Source: Amoebidium appalachense
Taxonomy: Eukaryota > Protista > Ichthyosporea
Direction of reading: 5' to 3'
Assembly (NCBI GenBank): GCA_963693365.1
Contig: CAVNZM010000005.1
Location: 8,598,334 to 8,662,333, forward strand
Length of the DNA: 64,000 bases
The notes below the pieces were generated by a model, which ran no database searches, had not been told where the DNA came from, and saw only the letters and a program-made list of their open reading frames with translations. This document shows positions 11,837 through 24,887 of this stretch, one piece after another. Numbering within the stretch: the stretch's first letter is position 1; every line of letters starts with the position of its first letter. Made by a program: the position numbers and the translations under genes.

Positions 11837-14800
11837 AACCTGCTCGCATCTGTTGCTTTTATGATAGTGGTGAGAGGTGGGGGAGGGAGCGGGGGGGGGG
11901 GGGGGGGGGGGTTTGCGAAGGGGGAAAGAGGTGAAACATAGAAGAAAAGGAGAAAGCCTGTGGTTTCTGGGGCTGACTTGATCCTTGTTGTGTGTGCCCC
12001 TGTATGGTGATGTACTTGTAAGGATCGTGTTTGCTCTTTAGAACGAGACCTGCAAATATCATCAAGTACATTCACTATCTGGTTGGGATCGCCTTGACCA
12101 ACGACCTGCACGGCACATCCCTCTACCCCCCCCCCCCCCCCCCCCCCCCCCCTTTCTGATACACAGGCAAACACAGACAATGGCACACAAACACACACAC
12201 ACACACACACACACACTCTTCTTGCACTCAGCCCCTCTATATTCCGATAGAAGCTATGTGCAGTGGTGACCTGAAAACACCTATGAATTCACCTCTTTTT
12301 ACACCCATGCATACCCCCCCCCCCCCCTCCCCCCCCGGTCCCCGCCCCGGTACTCTGTAGTGCATTCTGAACTAAACCCCCTCCCCCCTTTTCAAACACA
12401 CACACGTACGTGCACGTGCACATACGCACTGTGAAACACGATCACCCACCTCCACTCACACCCATACCCGGTCACTTATTCACACATATTTCTCTGCCGG
12501 TGTCCCCAAATCTTGACTCTTGCGATCTTGAATCATCCTACAGGTCAGTGATTTCTCCCATGTCAAGTTCGACGAGCTGGCACGGCGGGTTCAGTTTCTG
12601 GAAAGAAACATCAACGCTGAAAAGGACCCGGCAAACTGTGAGAAGGCGGCACAGTACAAACAGGAGGTGGGTGGGTCTGGGTGGGTGGGTGGGTGGGGTG
12701 GTTGGGTGTGTTTGTGTGGGGTGGGTGGGTGTGGGTGGGTGGTGTGGCTGGATGGGTGCTTTTGTGTGTATGGGTGAAATGGTGTGTGTAAGGTTTTGAT
12801 TGGTGTGTGTTTGTGGTGTGTGTGTGTTGGTTGGTGGGTAGGTGCTTGTGTGTGTACATGCCTGTGTGTTTGTGTGAATGTGGGGTGGGGGTGAGGGGTG
12901 GGTTACGTCGGATGTGGTGGGTGGGTGCGTTATGGGGGGGAGTTAGGGAGGGGATGGGGAGGTATGTGTGTGTACATGTGCGTGTGTGTAGGAGGGGGGA
13001 GCCATGATGAATGGGTGAGGAGCGGTGGTGTGGGCGGCTAGGTTAAGGTGAGTATTTGCTCTTTGCTGGATCTGCCCTACTCTGTGTATATATGGTATAG
13101 CAGCTGTTGGTGATTTTGACCTTTTGTTCTCCCCCTACCCCCCCCCCCCCCCCCCCCCCCCCCCCCGCCCTCTGCTTATTATGCATATTCTTTATGTATG
13201 GTTTGCATTCTGCATCGTGTTATCCGCTGTTCTTGTGTACTTCGTACTTTATGACGCATTCAAACCCCCCTCCCCCCCCCCCCCCCCCCTTTGAGGATGG
13301 GCATTCTTATCATGCATTCTCTTTCACGAGTAGTCTGCACTCTACATTATGTTGTCCGTAATAATGTTCACTTCGCACTCTGTAATGCACTATAATACCC
13401 ATGCATCCCCCTCCTCCCTACTCCCCCCCCTCCCCCCGATGCCTTGCCCTTGGCTAGCATATCAACCATATGCCTGCAACTTGTTTATCCCCACTGTGTG
13501 TTGCTTGCTGTCAATGGGCATTGCACATCGCAACGATCCTTTCCAGCCACCTAAAGCCTTGAATGGACAAGAAGAGGGGGGGAGGAGGGGGGAGGGAGGG
13601 TCTGGCAATAGAAACGTCGCAGACAAAAGCACAGAGCCATATTGGTTTCTTGTGTGTGTGTGTGTGGGCGTCATACCTGCGCAGTGTGTTTTTGCGTCTT
13701 GGGACGTGTGGGTGGGTGGGTGGGTGAATGGGTGGGGGGGGGGGGGGGGGGGGGGGGGGAGTGGGGGTACGGATTATTGAATTTGATGTCATGCCTATCG
13801 GGGAATACCCGTGAATGTGTTTTTATCATCCAACGGTTTCGATGTTGAGGGTTAGCGCCTCATCTACCTTGAGATCAACACTTAGCATGTGCGGCCGCGC
13901 GCGCGCATGCGCGTGTGTGTGTGCATGTGCATGTGCGCGCGCGTGCGTGTGTGTGTGTGTGTGCATGCGCGCGCCTGTGTGTGTGTCCTCTCTCTGTGTG
14001 TGTGTGTGCCTCTCTGTGTGTGTTTTTGTGTGGGCACACATGTCTCTCTCTCCCCTTCCCTCTCTCTCTCTCTCTCTCTCTCTCCGCATGTGTGCCTGTG
14101 TGTGTGTGTGTGTGTGGTTGGGTGATATATCAACCGCGCTAACAATTACCCAACCAACCAATCAAATGTTGCAGCTGGACGAGATCACCAAGGAGGTGGC
14201 CAAGCTGTCGCACTACAACACGCTCAACTACACGGCCTTCGTCAAGATCTTAAAGAAGCACGACAAGTACACGGACCACCTGCTGCACCACACGTTCATG
14301 GCCGTGCTCTCCACACACCCGTTCTACAAGATGGGATTCGACCCGATCCTGTCCATTCTCAGCCGCCTTTACAGGTGGGTTTCTTTAATGTTTTGAATAT
14401 ATGATCGTTGGTGTGGTTCTTTAAAAAGTATGATGGTCGCGCATGAATGCTATTGATGATGCGGTCTTGGTTCTTCTTGGTTTATGTTGTGCGTCTGAAA
14501 GCTTCTAACTCTTCTAAACTGCTTCTGCTAGATATACTACAATTATGTTCTTGATGTTGTGACCTCGTGCCTGTAAGTGCTTCCTGAAGCAAATAGCTAC
14601 TCTTATGGCAGATTGTTCTGGGGCCGGTCTTCAATGATTTGTGGTCTTATGCTTGAATGCTTGCTTGGCTTCTCTAAACCCTGATTACTAATTGTCATAT
14701 GATCAACCACACACACACAAAAACAAACAAACACGCACACACATTCTCCCTTTGGATGTCTCCGCTTCCATGATTCAAACCCTCTAATCCGTAAACCCCC

Positions 14801-14965
14801 CCTCCACCCCCCCCCCCCACACACACACTGTCCCCTCCGCTCGTCCTTCCCTCATGTCGTAAATGTATGCTTCATACTCCAATAGCTAGTCCTAACCCCC
14901 TCCCTCCCCCCCCCCCCCCCCCACTTCTCCCCCCCCTCCCCCCCCCCCCCCCTCCCCCTTTCCTC

Positions 14966-15028
<63 letters not shown>

Positions 15029-15982
15029 CCTCCTCAAGCCGCCCACGTCGGGCACCACCCAGGCAGCGGGGAGGGGGAGCAAGGGCACCAGCCACATGTT
15101 CTGGGTGCACCCCGACAACGTCACAGACGTCAAGCTATACATCCTTCAGAACCTGCCCGTCTACAGCTCCAAGCAGGACCCCAGCCAGAAGCACGGAGAG
15201 ACAATGTCCTCGGTCTACTTTGACAACCCCCAGCTGGAGGTGTGTGTGTGGGTGTGTGTGTGGGGGGGGGGGGGGGGGGGGGGGGATGGGTGTTGGGGCG
15301 CGGGGGGGGGGGGGGAGGGGAAGGGGGGGGATTGGGTGTTGGGGCGGCTGGTGGTCGGGGAGGAAGGGGGGGGGGGGGGGGGGGGAGGTGGCCACTGGAA
15401 CGTGTGAACTGAAACTGTACCCGATATAGTCTTTTTGCACGAGGGCAATGGTTCATTACTCAGACACCGTGTATGACTTTGAATTCCGCCCTGAGGATTT
15501 GCTATTGCTTGTGCTGCATATTTTGTGTACCTGCTGAGTTTTGCAGGTATCCATGCTCGCGTAATCGGTTGTGGATATGTCCTTCGTAGCGTAAACTAGC
15601 ATCTCTTACTCTTTCTCCCCGGATCAAGTCAGGAACCATGCACGAGAGGTTCAGGCACAGAGACCCGTTTGTTTGTGGATGGATGCCTAGGGACCGGGCC
15701 GCCATGATAAAGGGCACTTTTTTATTGCATCTTCTGCGATCTCATTTTGCCTTTCGTGATTTTGTCTTTGTCTTTGCTTCCATGGGTTGCCACCGTTTAA
15801 TGCATACATCAACACCTCTTACAACCCCCCCCCCCCCCCCCCCCCCCCCCCCATCCTTCTCCTCCTCCTCCCCCCTCCTGTCCTCGAAACACTGCACACG
15901 CTCAAACACACGGACACACCCTCTCCCCTCCACCCTCACAACCCCCCGCCCACACACTCACACTCACACTCACACACTACCC

Positions 15983-16037
<55 letters not shown>

Positions 16038-16659
16038 ACACACACACGGAAAAAAACACCCCACACAGCTCTACCACCAGCGCACGGAGAAAGCAGACAT
16101 TGCGCAATCCGTGCGCATCAGCTGGTACGGGCCTAGGAGCAACGAGGTTCGGGTGGAGCGAAAGGTCCACACCAACTACTGGACGGGGGACACAACATCA
16201 AAACAGCGCTTCTCCATCAAATCCAAAGTCGTCCCTATGTACCTGAAAGGAAACTACCAAGTCAGGGCGAAGAAGGAGAAGTTGGTGAGGGAGGGGAAAG
16301 GGGTAGAGGAGGTGGAGGGGATGGTGAGTGCGGCTGAGGAGGTGCAGAAGACCATTCTGGAAAGGCACCTGGTGCCGTGTGTGAGGGTGTGCCACAGCAG
16401 GACTACGTTTGAGCACGACACGGACCACGAGGTGTGTGTGTGGGTTTTTGGGGGGGTGTGGGTGTTTGGTGGGGTTGTGGGGACGGGGTTGGGTGTGTGT
16501 TTGGGGGGGGGGGGGGAAGGGGGGGGGCACGGGGGGGGGGGGGGGGGGGGAATGGGGAGGGGGAAAGAGATTGGTGCATGGTGGGGGCATGGGGGGAAGG
16601 GGGGTTAGAGAAGAGTAAGAAGTGGAGTGTGTGTGTGTCGTGATGTGATGTGCGAAAGG

Positions 16660-16693
<34 letters not shown>

Positions 16694-18269
16694 GGAAGGG
16701 GAGGGAGGGATGTAGGTTCAAACGTCAGTGACTGTGTGTGGTCCTCCACCCCGTGCTGTTGGTTGTGTGTCAGTTTTTTGCACTGTGTATGCATCATCCC
16801 CCCCCCCCAACACACACACACACACACACACCCGCGCACGCGCGCACGCACACACACGCCATCATCAAGGCATCCTCTGTGAGTGTACGAAAATCAATAA
16901 CAATGATGCTTGATCACATGACGCGCTGTACACTCAAAAGAGACACACCCACACACATCCTCGATCGCCCCTCCCTCCCTTGCTGCCTCCCCTCCCCCCC
17001 CCCCCCCCCCCCCTCCCCCCCCCTCCCCCCCCTCCCCTTCTCCGCCACACACACGCACACACATACACTCACAATACACACACCACACTCACACTGACAC
17101 CTCCCCATATAGGTGCGCATAACCCTCGACACGGACTACTGCTTCATCCGCGAGACCCCTCCCCCCACCGGCGAGTGGTGCCGTCCCGCCGTCTTCCCCC
17201 CCTACGACAACATACGCCCAAGTGACCTGAGCCGTTTCCCCTACGCAGTCCTTAACGTGAAGGTTTCCAGCGAGGGGAAACACCCCCGTTGGGTGGAGGA
17301 TTTAATGAAGAGTCACCTTGTGGAGAGTGTTCCGAGGTTCTCCCCTTACATCCACGGTGTGTCGGTGCTGTTTGAGGAGAAGGTCCGCGTGTTCCCCTTC
17401 TGGCTCATACAGATGGAGAAGGTGTGTGATACTTATTCTCATTCCCCTCCCCCTATTCCCTCTCTCTCTCTCTCTTTCACCCTCTGCCCTTATCTCTCCC
17501 CCCCCCCTCCCCCCCCACTTGTCTCCTCTTTCAATCTCTCCCCCCCTTCCCCCCGTCTCTTTCTTTCCCCCTTAGGTATCGACGGGGGAGCTTCCTAGAA
17601 GCCCCGTCTCCTGAGTTCCTATCTATATTTTTCTTGCTTCTGCTTACTGCTGCAACTTTAACCCCCGGCCTTTCCCACTGCCCTTGCCTGCATAAGCAAC
17701 CCTGCTCGTCTCTGATCAAGACGGGTGACCTACTCATGTTCAAGTGAAACAGTATCTGAGTTGGGTTTCGTTAACGAGGGGAATAGGTCGAAACTCGGGT
17801 ACTGTGGATGACGTGGGCCCCCCCTGAGGATGGGCTCTGCTTATTATGCATACTCTTTATGTATGGCTTGCATTCTGCATCGTGTTATCCGTTTGTTCTT
17901 GTGTACTTCGTACTTTTTGACGCATTCAAACCCCCCCCCCCGGGGGGGGGGGGGGGGGGCCTTTCTCCCAAACTCTCCCTCACTATTTCTTCCCCCTCTC
18001 TCTCCGTCCCCCCCCCCCCCCGTCTCCCCACCCTTCCCCTCCGGGACCAGCTGTTGCAGTTCCAAAGCACATACACTCTGAAGGCAAGAACAGACAGCCA
18101 CACTGATATTCACACATCCTGCTGCTCTATAATCTCAGTAAGTCTGGCAAGATTCCATGCGCAAGGATTTCACACCCACACTGCTGGTATTGTCTTTCTT
18201 TCCTTCTGCCCCCAACCCCTCCCCCCTCCACAACCCACACACACAAACACACACACACACACACGCACG

Positions 18270-18330
<61 letters not shown>

Positions 18331-18984
18331 CTTCCTCCACCGGTAATTTCTCACTTTTGGCCCCCTTCTTTTTTCATTTCCTTCTCACAACCAGAGCTCT
18401 ATTAGCCTGCCTACCTGCACATATACACATTTACCAACAATTTCTGCCCGTATATCCCCAGGATATCCGCAAGTCGCCCACCTCGAGCATCGTCGACCGC
18501 CTGAATAAGGGCCTTCCCCCCCCCACCCATGCCAAACGGCGTCAACGCCGGAAATTCCATGAGCCAATCTACGATTATCCCGATCCGCGATCCGCAATCT
18601 ACCTTCAAGAAGCCGATTGCGATCCCTGTTCGCGTCGAGCCCAAGGTATTCTTTGCCAACGAGCGCACTTTCCTTAATTGGCTGCATACCGCGATCCTTG
18701 TTTCCACGATCGGGATCTCGCTCCTGAATTTAGTCGGACCGAGCGGTGCCCAGGCAAAGGCTTCTCAGGTAGCGGGATTTACCCTCATCCCGGTGGCGCT
18801 GGTTTTCCTGATCTACTCTGCGTACACGTACTATTGGCGCGATTTCAAGATTAGGACGCGCGATCCGGGCCCGTACAATACGGTTGCGGGGCCTATCCTC
18901 ATAACGAGCGTGTTTGTTCTGTCTCTGGTGCTGAACTATTGTGTGTGGCTTGGGGAGAACGGGCTTGGTTGGCTGAGCGAATAA
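11092..18984 (+). CDS. Vacuolar transporter chaperone (Vtc4-like) SPX-VTC-DUF202 protein. Exons 11092-11259, 12544-12666, 14175-14374, 15029-15239, 16069-16431, 17113-17421, 18462-18984
   Basis: SPX motifs MKF...EW...VDYKALK and [18 protein letters not shown] motifs FWVHPDN, SVYFDN, VERKVH, VRITLDT, FPYAVL, PFWLIQM. DUF202 motif [22 protein letters not shown] phases are consistent; one extra C in the run 18516-18524 is a likely sequencing error. Confidence 0.92.
13170..13264 (+). repeat. 5'-truncated copy of the poly(C)-ended dispersed repeat (a degraded second copy follows at ~13291-13400)
   Basis: CTCTGCTTATTATGCAT...GACGCATTCAAA matches the 3' part of 17694-17930; flanked by C-runs. Confidence 0.85.
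17694..17930 (+). mobile_element. Structured ~240-nt SINE-like dispersed repeat, copy A (in VTC intron 6)
   Basis: Near-identical to 56695-56930 and divergently related to 63690-63955(-); ends ACGCATTCAAA followed by poly(C). Confidence 0.8.
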
Positions 18985-20630
18985 AGGTGGATTGTGATTG
19001 GTTGGGGGATGTGCGGGGGTGGTAATGCAGGTATGCTTATCGTTGGGCGTGATGGTCGGGTCTTGGGGTGGTGGTGCGTTTCTGGTTATTGTTTTTCCCG
19101 CGCCTGCACTTGAGAGAGATAGGTTTAGTTGTGTTGATGCCGGCAGCCTGTCATATGGCAGCACCTAACACATACATGCAGTCTGAAAAGAATCAATAAA
19201 TCCCTAACACAAGCAATTATGCATGATAAAACATCTTTCACTGAAAATGCTTTAGGTTTTGTGAGCATTAGAAGTAGTAGTTGTAGACGGTGCATGGCAA
19301 TAATACCTATAATTTTATAACATAGGCAAGAGTGTATTTGAAGGTGTGCATGGATTGAGCCAATAATGGTATGTTGTGATATGTGATTAACTGCAGGTGA
19401 AGTGAGCGAAATGTGTGATAATAAGATATAATATACTGTGTTGTTGATATCGATCATGTAATCACGTGAGGATTGCCCTTAAATAGTGAGCGGGGCAGTG
19501 ATTGGGGCACAATAAAGGCTTGATGGCCAGGAATGCAACGACAGCATGCTGCGTGGTGGTGAACTTGTTTGTGGAATGCTTCATTGCAAGGACACTGCAA
19601 GCCTGGCGTGCAAACAAATTGCAGATGTCCGAATTGAATCTTGCCTGCACTCTCCCCCCCCCTCTCTCGGTCCCCGTTGAGCTTCACTTTTAATCATGGC
19701 ATCACATATACGGTATATGAGAGAGTTTGATAATATCGAATTCTCCTTTCTCTCACCCAACCTTTCTCTCTCGAGATCCCCCCCCCCCCCCCCCCCCCCC
19801 CTTCCCTTCCCCTTCCCCCTCCATTCCGGATTCTATATAGGGTCACTCTACCGGCTTGGCCCCGGTACCGGTGCAGTCCCGGCCCCCGTCACCTCGGGAT
19901 CTCTGTGCACACCTTCTCAACCAAAATTCTCTACATTGGCGGACCCACACACTGACTTAATGATAATTCCAGCACACATTTATATGTACGCACCATACGC
20001 ACACGCTCCATGATTCGGCACATGCACGTCGGTTCTTTTACGAATGGCTAAATTCTGAGATTATAATGCTGTTGTGCATGAAGTGTGCACTGCGTGAACT
20101 ATACTAGGCGGTTCATAAGAGGATTGGTGCGAAGACAGGGAGGAAGCACGTGCACATATGTTTTCAGTCGTGAAATCCCTCAAGCTTATAATTATCATTA
20201 GTGTAGTAACTGGACTGACGGAGTGTAGCTTTGGTGCAGGAAGTTTTTTTACACCCCCTTTTCTTTTCTTTTGTCTGTTTCTTTTTCTTTTTTTTTTCTT
20301 TTTTTTTTTTGTGGTGGTGGTACCACCATTCGCTTTTAGCAGAATAACCATGTAGAATAATTCTGCTTCTACTGAATACTTTCCCAGCAGATTTTTTTTG
20401 GCAATGTTCTGCTTTTTTAAAGAGTCATGCATTCTACTGGAAGCAAGTTTTTTATTTCTGATCCCACGAGCCGAATAATTCTGCTCGAAGTACACGGCAG
20501 AATGTGATGCAGAACTTCTTTAGGCTGATTCCAATACTAGCAGAATATTCTGCTTTTAAGTCTGTGGGTAACCGCTCCACGTTGGAATAAGTCTGGTTTT
20601 TAGAATTCCACAAGAGTTCCGTTCGTGCAC

Positions 20631-21080
<450 letters not shown>

Positions 21081-21186
21081 GTGCGTGTGTTTGTGTGTGT
21101 CATATAGGTCTAGAAAGAGATCTAGAGAGATCGATCTAGATCTGAGGGAGATCTGCTTCTGGAGGGGGGGGGGGGGGGGGGGGGGG

Positions 21187-21223
<37 letters not shown>

Positions 21224-23132
21224 GAGAGAGAGAGAGAGAGAGAGAGAACGAGAGAACGAGAGAGAGAGAGATCCAGAGAGGGCCCTGGGAAAGGGAGAGA
21301 GAGCCAGTGGCCCGGGAGAGTCTCAGAGAGGGAGAAGAGGAGAAAGAGGATGAGAGAGAGGGGGAGTGAGAGAAAGGGAGACTCTGAGAGAGAGAGTGTG
21401 TGTGTGTGCCATCTGTGTGTGTGGAAGGGGGTTGGGAACTTGGGGGGCGTCTGTCACATATCTGTGTATCATGCTGCGACAAACGCCACCTCACCTTCCC
21501 CCAAAGCTTGTTGAAGTGCCAGGACAAGCCTTGCATGCACACAGTGATATTGTGTTCCCCGTCCTTACCCGGAGTGATTATTGTGGATATGAATAATGAG
21601 CTGCCATATGACCTGCCAGCTGACTCGGGTACGCCCACACGTTCACGGCCACAGTGTGTACCTGGTGCTGTCCAGTACGTGAATTGACGGCTCAGGCTGC
21701 GCACATGACGTGCACGTCACCGCATGACTCAGTTTGGCACTTGAGTCTCATTGAGTCTCAGTGAGGCTGGTGCCACCGCAGCGCCTCCTATCATAACCAA
21801 AGGGCTGATATTGCGGTGTTTTGTATTTTCTAGTAAAAAGTTTGTGTAAATGCCGATGTTTTACACTGTATAACCATTATAATTGTGTCGTATTTCCGAG
21901 CACGTGTGCTTTCGGTGCACGTGGACATGCCCACATCCGGAGGCTGCGGGAAAAGTTGGCGCCATCAGATAACTGTGGTGCCTTATCCACCAATCGGAAA
22001 TGGCTCACATTCTTGCCAAAACAGGCAGGTGATCCTCAATCCCTATTGGTTATCATATATTTGAGCCGCAGCCTCCAAGTCTCGTGCCTTCAAGAAGACG
22101 CGGCCTGACACAGGGGCGCTGGGTGGTACAAACAGCAACTACAACTACAAATAATCTCCCATACACATGTATTTATGGCCATTATTATTGGAAAATACAT
22201 AGTGATACATGGTACTCATATTCTGTACATGTAGACTCAGTACACAACTGTCCAATTTATGCACGCCTGCGGTATGTGAAGTGTCATGTGACCGCGCAGC
22301 CGGGAATTTTTCATCCACCAATCAAAATGTGGCCACAAAAACCGTGGGGCAATGAGTTCGGATAGATTTTTGACGCTGCACTAACGTGTGAAAAATGTGT
22401 ATGTATTGCATATTTTTTTCGGTATCTAAGCTTATAAGGGTATAAATATGGCCAGGTAATACTTGCAAACAATAGTTTCAGATGATTTTGAATGATCCGA
22501 CCTTTGGAAGTAAGCACATAATGGTCATGGAACTCCGGGAAGATTCCTTGAGTTGCCTCACCCAATCATCTTGCTTCGAAGTAGAAGAGCCAATCATAAT
22601 CCACACACTGAGCAGGACGCCAGGTATAAGAAGGTAACAATGGTACCCTTTGTTCACAGAACTTCACACCTGTCGCGGAATGTAAACGCAGTGCACGTTT
22701 TGCAATACTTGCAAGCCGTCGCCTGCAGCTGTGTTTTTTTGCGCATATTTTTTAAGAAGTAAAGGCATATACATGCATAAAGGAAAGGAGAGGTGTATTC
22801 ACTGGGTGTTTAAAACACAAATTGGGTAGACTTTAATGTGGAGTTGAACGAACTTCTTTGTTTTTCTAAGTTAGAGGCTGAGCGCAACGTGTTCGGCATT
22901 TCCCGTGGTCTTCCCCAGAAACTCTCAAAACCAAAAAACTCAGGACATTCGCTAAAACACTAGCAATAAGCAATTAGTATTTGCAAGGGAGGTGATTTTT
23001 TTTCACTCACACACACACGTAGCCAAGCACGTAAGTATTCGTTTCATGTACTTTGTAACGTGCGCCTAACAAACAAACTCCCGCCACAAAAACGTTAACT
23101 AGATTAGCTAGAGTCATAGCCAACCCGCAAAA

Positions 23133-24887
23133 ATGGGTCTTGACCGAGTGTATAACCAGTTTATTTCCTGCAAGCCCGTCGACCTAAGCGATGATGAAAA
23201 GAACAAGAATGGCCTCGCTCGTTGCCTCAACGTGTTCGACCTCATTGCTTATGGTCTAGGTTCGTGTGTGGGCGCAGGTGTATTCGTCACGACGGGTCAA
23301 ATTGCTGCCTTCCACGCCGGTCCCTCCGTGTGCCTTTCTTTCCTTTTCGCCGGCTTTGCCGCCCTTCTCTCCGGTTTGTGCTATGCCGAGTTCGCAGCCA
23401 AAATGCCCATTGCAGGCTCCGCGTACGCCTATTCATACGCCACTTTGGGCGAGCTTATGGCGTGGATCATGGGTTGGAATTTGTGCCTCGAGTACGGAAT
23501 TAGCGCAGGTACCATTGCAGTCAGCTGGGCCTCCTACGTGGTGGCGGCGTTGTCAAACTTCGGCGTTGATGTGCCCGTTGGTGTTACCCCCGTCGAGCTG
23601 AGCGGACCTTTCCAAGTTAACGCTCTTGCCCTTTTGATTATTATTATCGTCACTGTGTTCCAACTGTGCGGATGCAACGTTTCGGCCAAGTTCAACCTCG
23701 TGATTACCATTTGGAACGTGTCTCTCATCTGTTTCGTTATCATTTATGGTTTCACGCTTGTGGACGCAGACAACTGGTCCCCCTTCATGCCTTTCGGTTT
23801 TGACGAGGTTCTTGTCGGTGCGGGCATTGCCTTTTTCAGCTATGTTGGCTTTGACGCCGTCAGCAGTATGAGTGCGGAGGCAAAGAACCCGCAGCGCGAC
23901 ATCCCCCTTGGTCTGTTGGGCACCCTCGGCATTGCCACCACCCTCTACTGCCTCGTTGGGTTAGTCATTGCCGGCATGGTCCCATACACCACCCTTCAGA
24001 ACCCCATCTACACCGATTCTCCCATCTCCCAGGCGTTTTCCTATGCGGGTTCCAACTGGGCGGCATCTCTCATCGCCGTTGGTTCGGTCACCACCCTCAC
24101 GTGCACCACCCTTTGCTCCATGCTGGGCCAGCCCAGAATCTTCCTCGCAATGGCCCAGGACGGTCTCCTCTTCCCTGTTCTCGGCCGCACGAGCAAGCGC
24201 GGTGTTCCCGTCGCCGGCACTCTTCTCACGTGTCTTATCGCAGGCACCCTCGCCCTGTTCTTCACGTTTGATTTCCTCTCCGACTCCATTTCCCTGGGTA
24301 CTTTCATGGCCTTTTCATTCGTTTGCGGTGGTGTTTTGATCCTTAGAATGGCCTATGACCCTGCCCGCGTGGACCCGTCATCTCAGCCCGACAAGAAGCT
24401 TCTAGCAAGCTGGGTGCCCAAGACACTGATTGCATGGTTCGGCGTCGGCTCGTGGGCGTTCTGGATGGTGATTCGCCGGTCGGAGGCCCCCATGTGGTTG
24501 TCCATGGTGTGCCTGGTTCTCTTCTCCGTCGTCCCGTGTGCCGGAATCATTTATTTGTGGTATTTCGCCGTGCGGGTTCCTCCCTCGCGGACATTCCAGA
24601 CCCCGCTTATGCCTTTTACCCCCCTTCTGGGTCTTTTTGTCAACGGGTGCCTGATGGCGGGTCTCGCCTACCAATCATATGTGAATTTGGCCATCTGGAC
24701 CGGTATTGGGCTAATGGTGTACTTTGCGTATGGATTTAGGAATTCGAATTTGCGCCGCGGGATCACGGAATCGAATTCCCTGGGTGGGAATGATGATGAG
24801 GAGAGGGCTGGACACGTGCTCTCTGTTAACGCAAAGGAGATTTCTGAATCGGAGATTAAGGAGAAGGCTGGTGGATCTCCAAAGTAG
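23133..24887 (+). CDS. Cationic amino acid transporter / APC-family permease (SLC7/CAT-like), 584 aa, intronless CDS
   Basis: LARCL..FDL..YGLGSCVGAGVFV, GLCYAEFA..P.AGSAY, FFSYVGFDAV..AEAKNPQRDIP, QPRIFLAMAQDGLL, and C-terminal FQTPLMPFTP; many hydrophobic segments. Confidence 0.95.
   Translation: MGLDRVYNQFISCKPVDLSDDEKNKNGLARCLNVFDLIAYGLGSCVGAGVFVTTGQIAAFHAGPSVCLSFLFAGFAALLSGLCYAEFAAKMPIAGSAYAYSYATLGELMAWIMGWNLCLEYGISAGTIAVSWASYVVAALSNFGVDVPVGVTPVELSGPFQVNALALLIIIIVTVFQLCGCNVSAKFNLVITIWNVSLICFVIIYGFTLVDADNWSPFMPFGFDEVLVGAGIAFFSYVGFDAVSSMSAEAKNPQRDIPLGLLGTLGIATTLYCLVGLVIAGMVPYTTLQNPIYTDSPISQAFSYAGSNWAASLIAVGSVTTLTCTTLCSMLGQPRIFLAMAQDGLLFPVLGRTSKRGVPVAGTLLTCLIAGTLALFFTFDFLSDSISLGTFMAFSFVCGGVLILRMAYDPARVDPSSQPDKKLLASWVPKTLIAWFGVGSWAFWMVIRRSEAPMWLSMVCLVLFSVVPCAGIIYLWYFAVRVPPSRTFQTPLMPFTPLLGLFVNGCLMAGLAYQSYVNLAIWTGIGLMVYFAYGFRNSNLRRGITESNSLGGNDDEERAGHVLSVNAKEISESEIKEKAGGSPK

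Noticed and set aside
17808-17845. ATGA-hairpin as a SECIS element
   Set aside because: No GA quartet partner on the 3' side and no in-frame UGA selenoprotein nearby
18516-18524. Frameshift in the VTC last exon as pseudogenisation or programmed frameshift
   Set aside because: Falls in a C homopolymer; similar slips recur in this window, so sequencing error is more likely
20338-20555. Repeated AGCAGAATA(A)TTCTGCT palindromic motif, possible MITE
   Set aside because: No convincing termini or TSD
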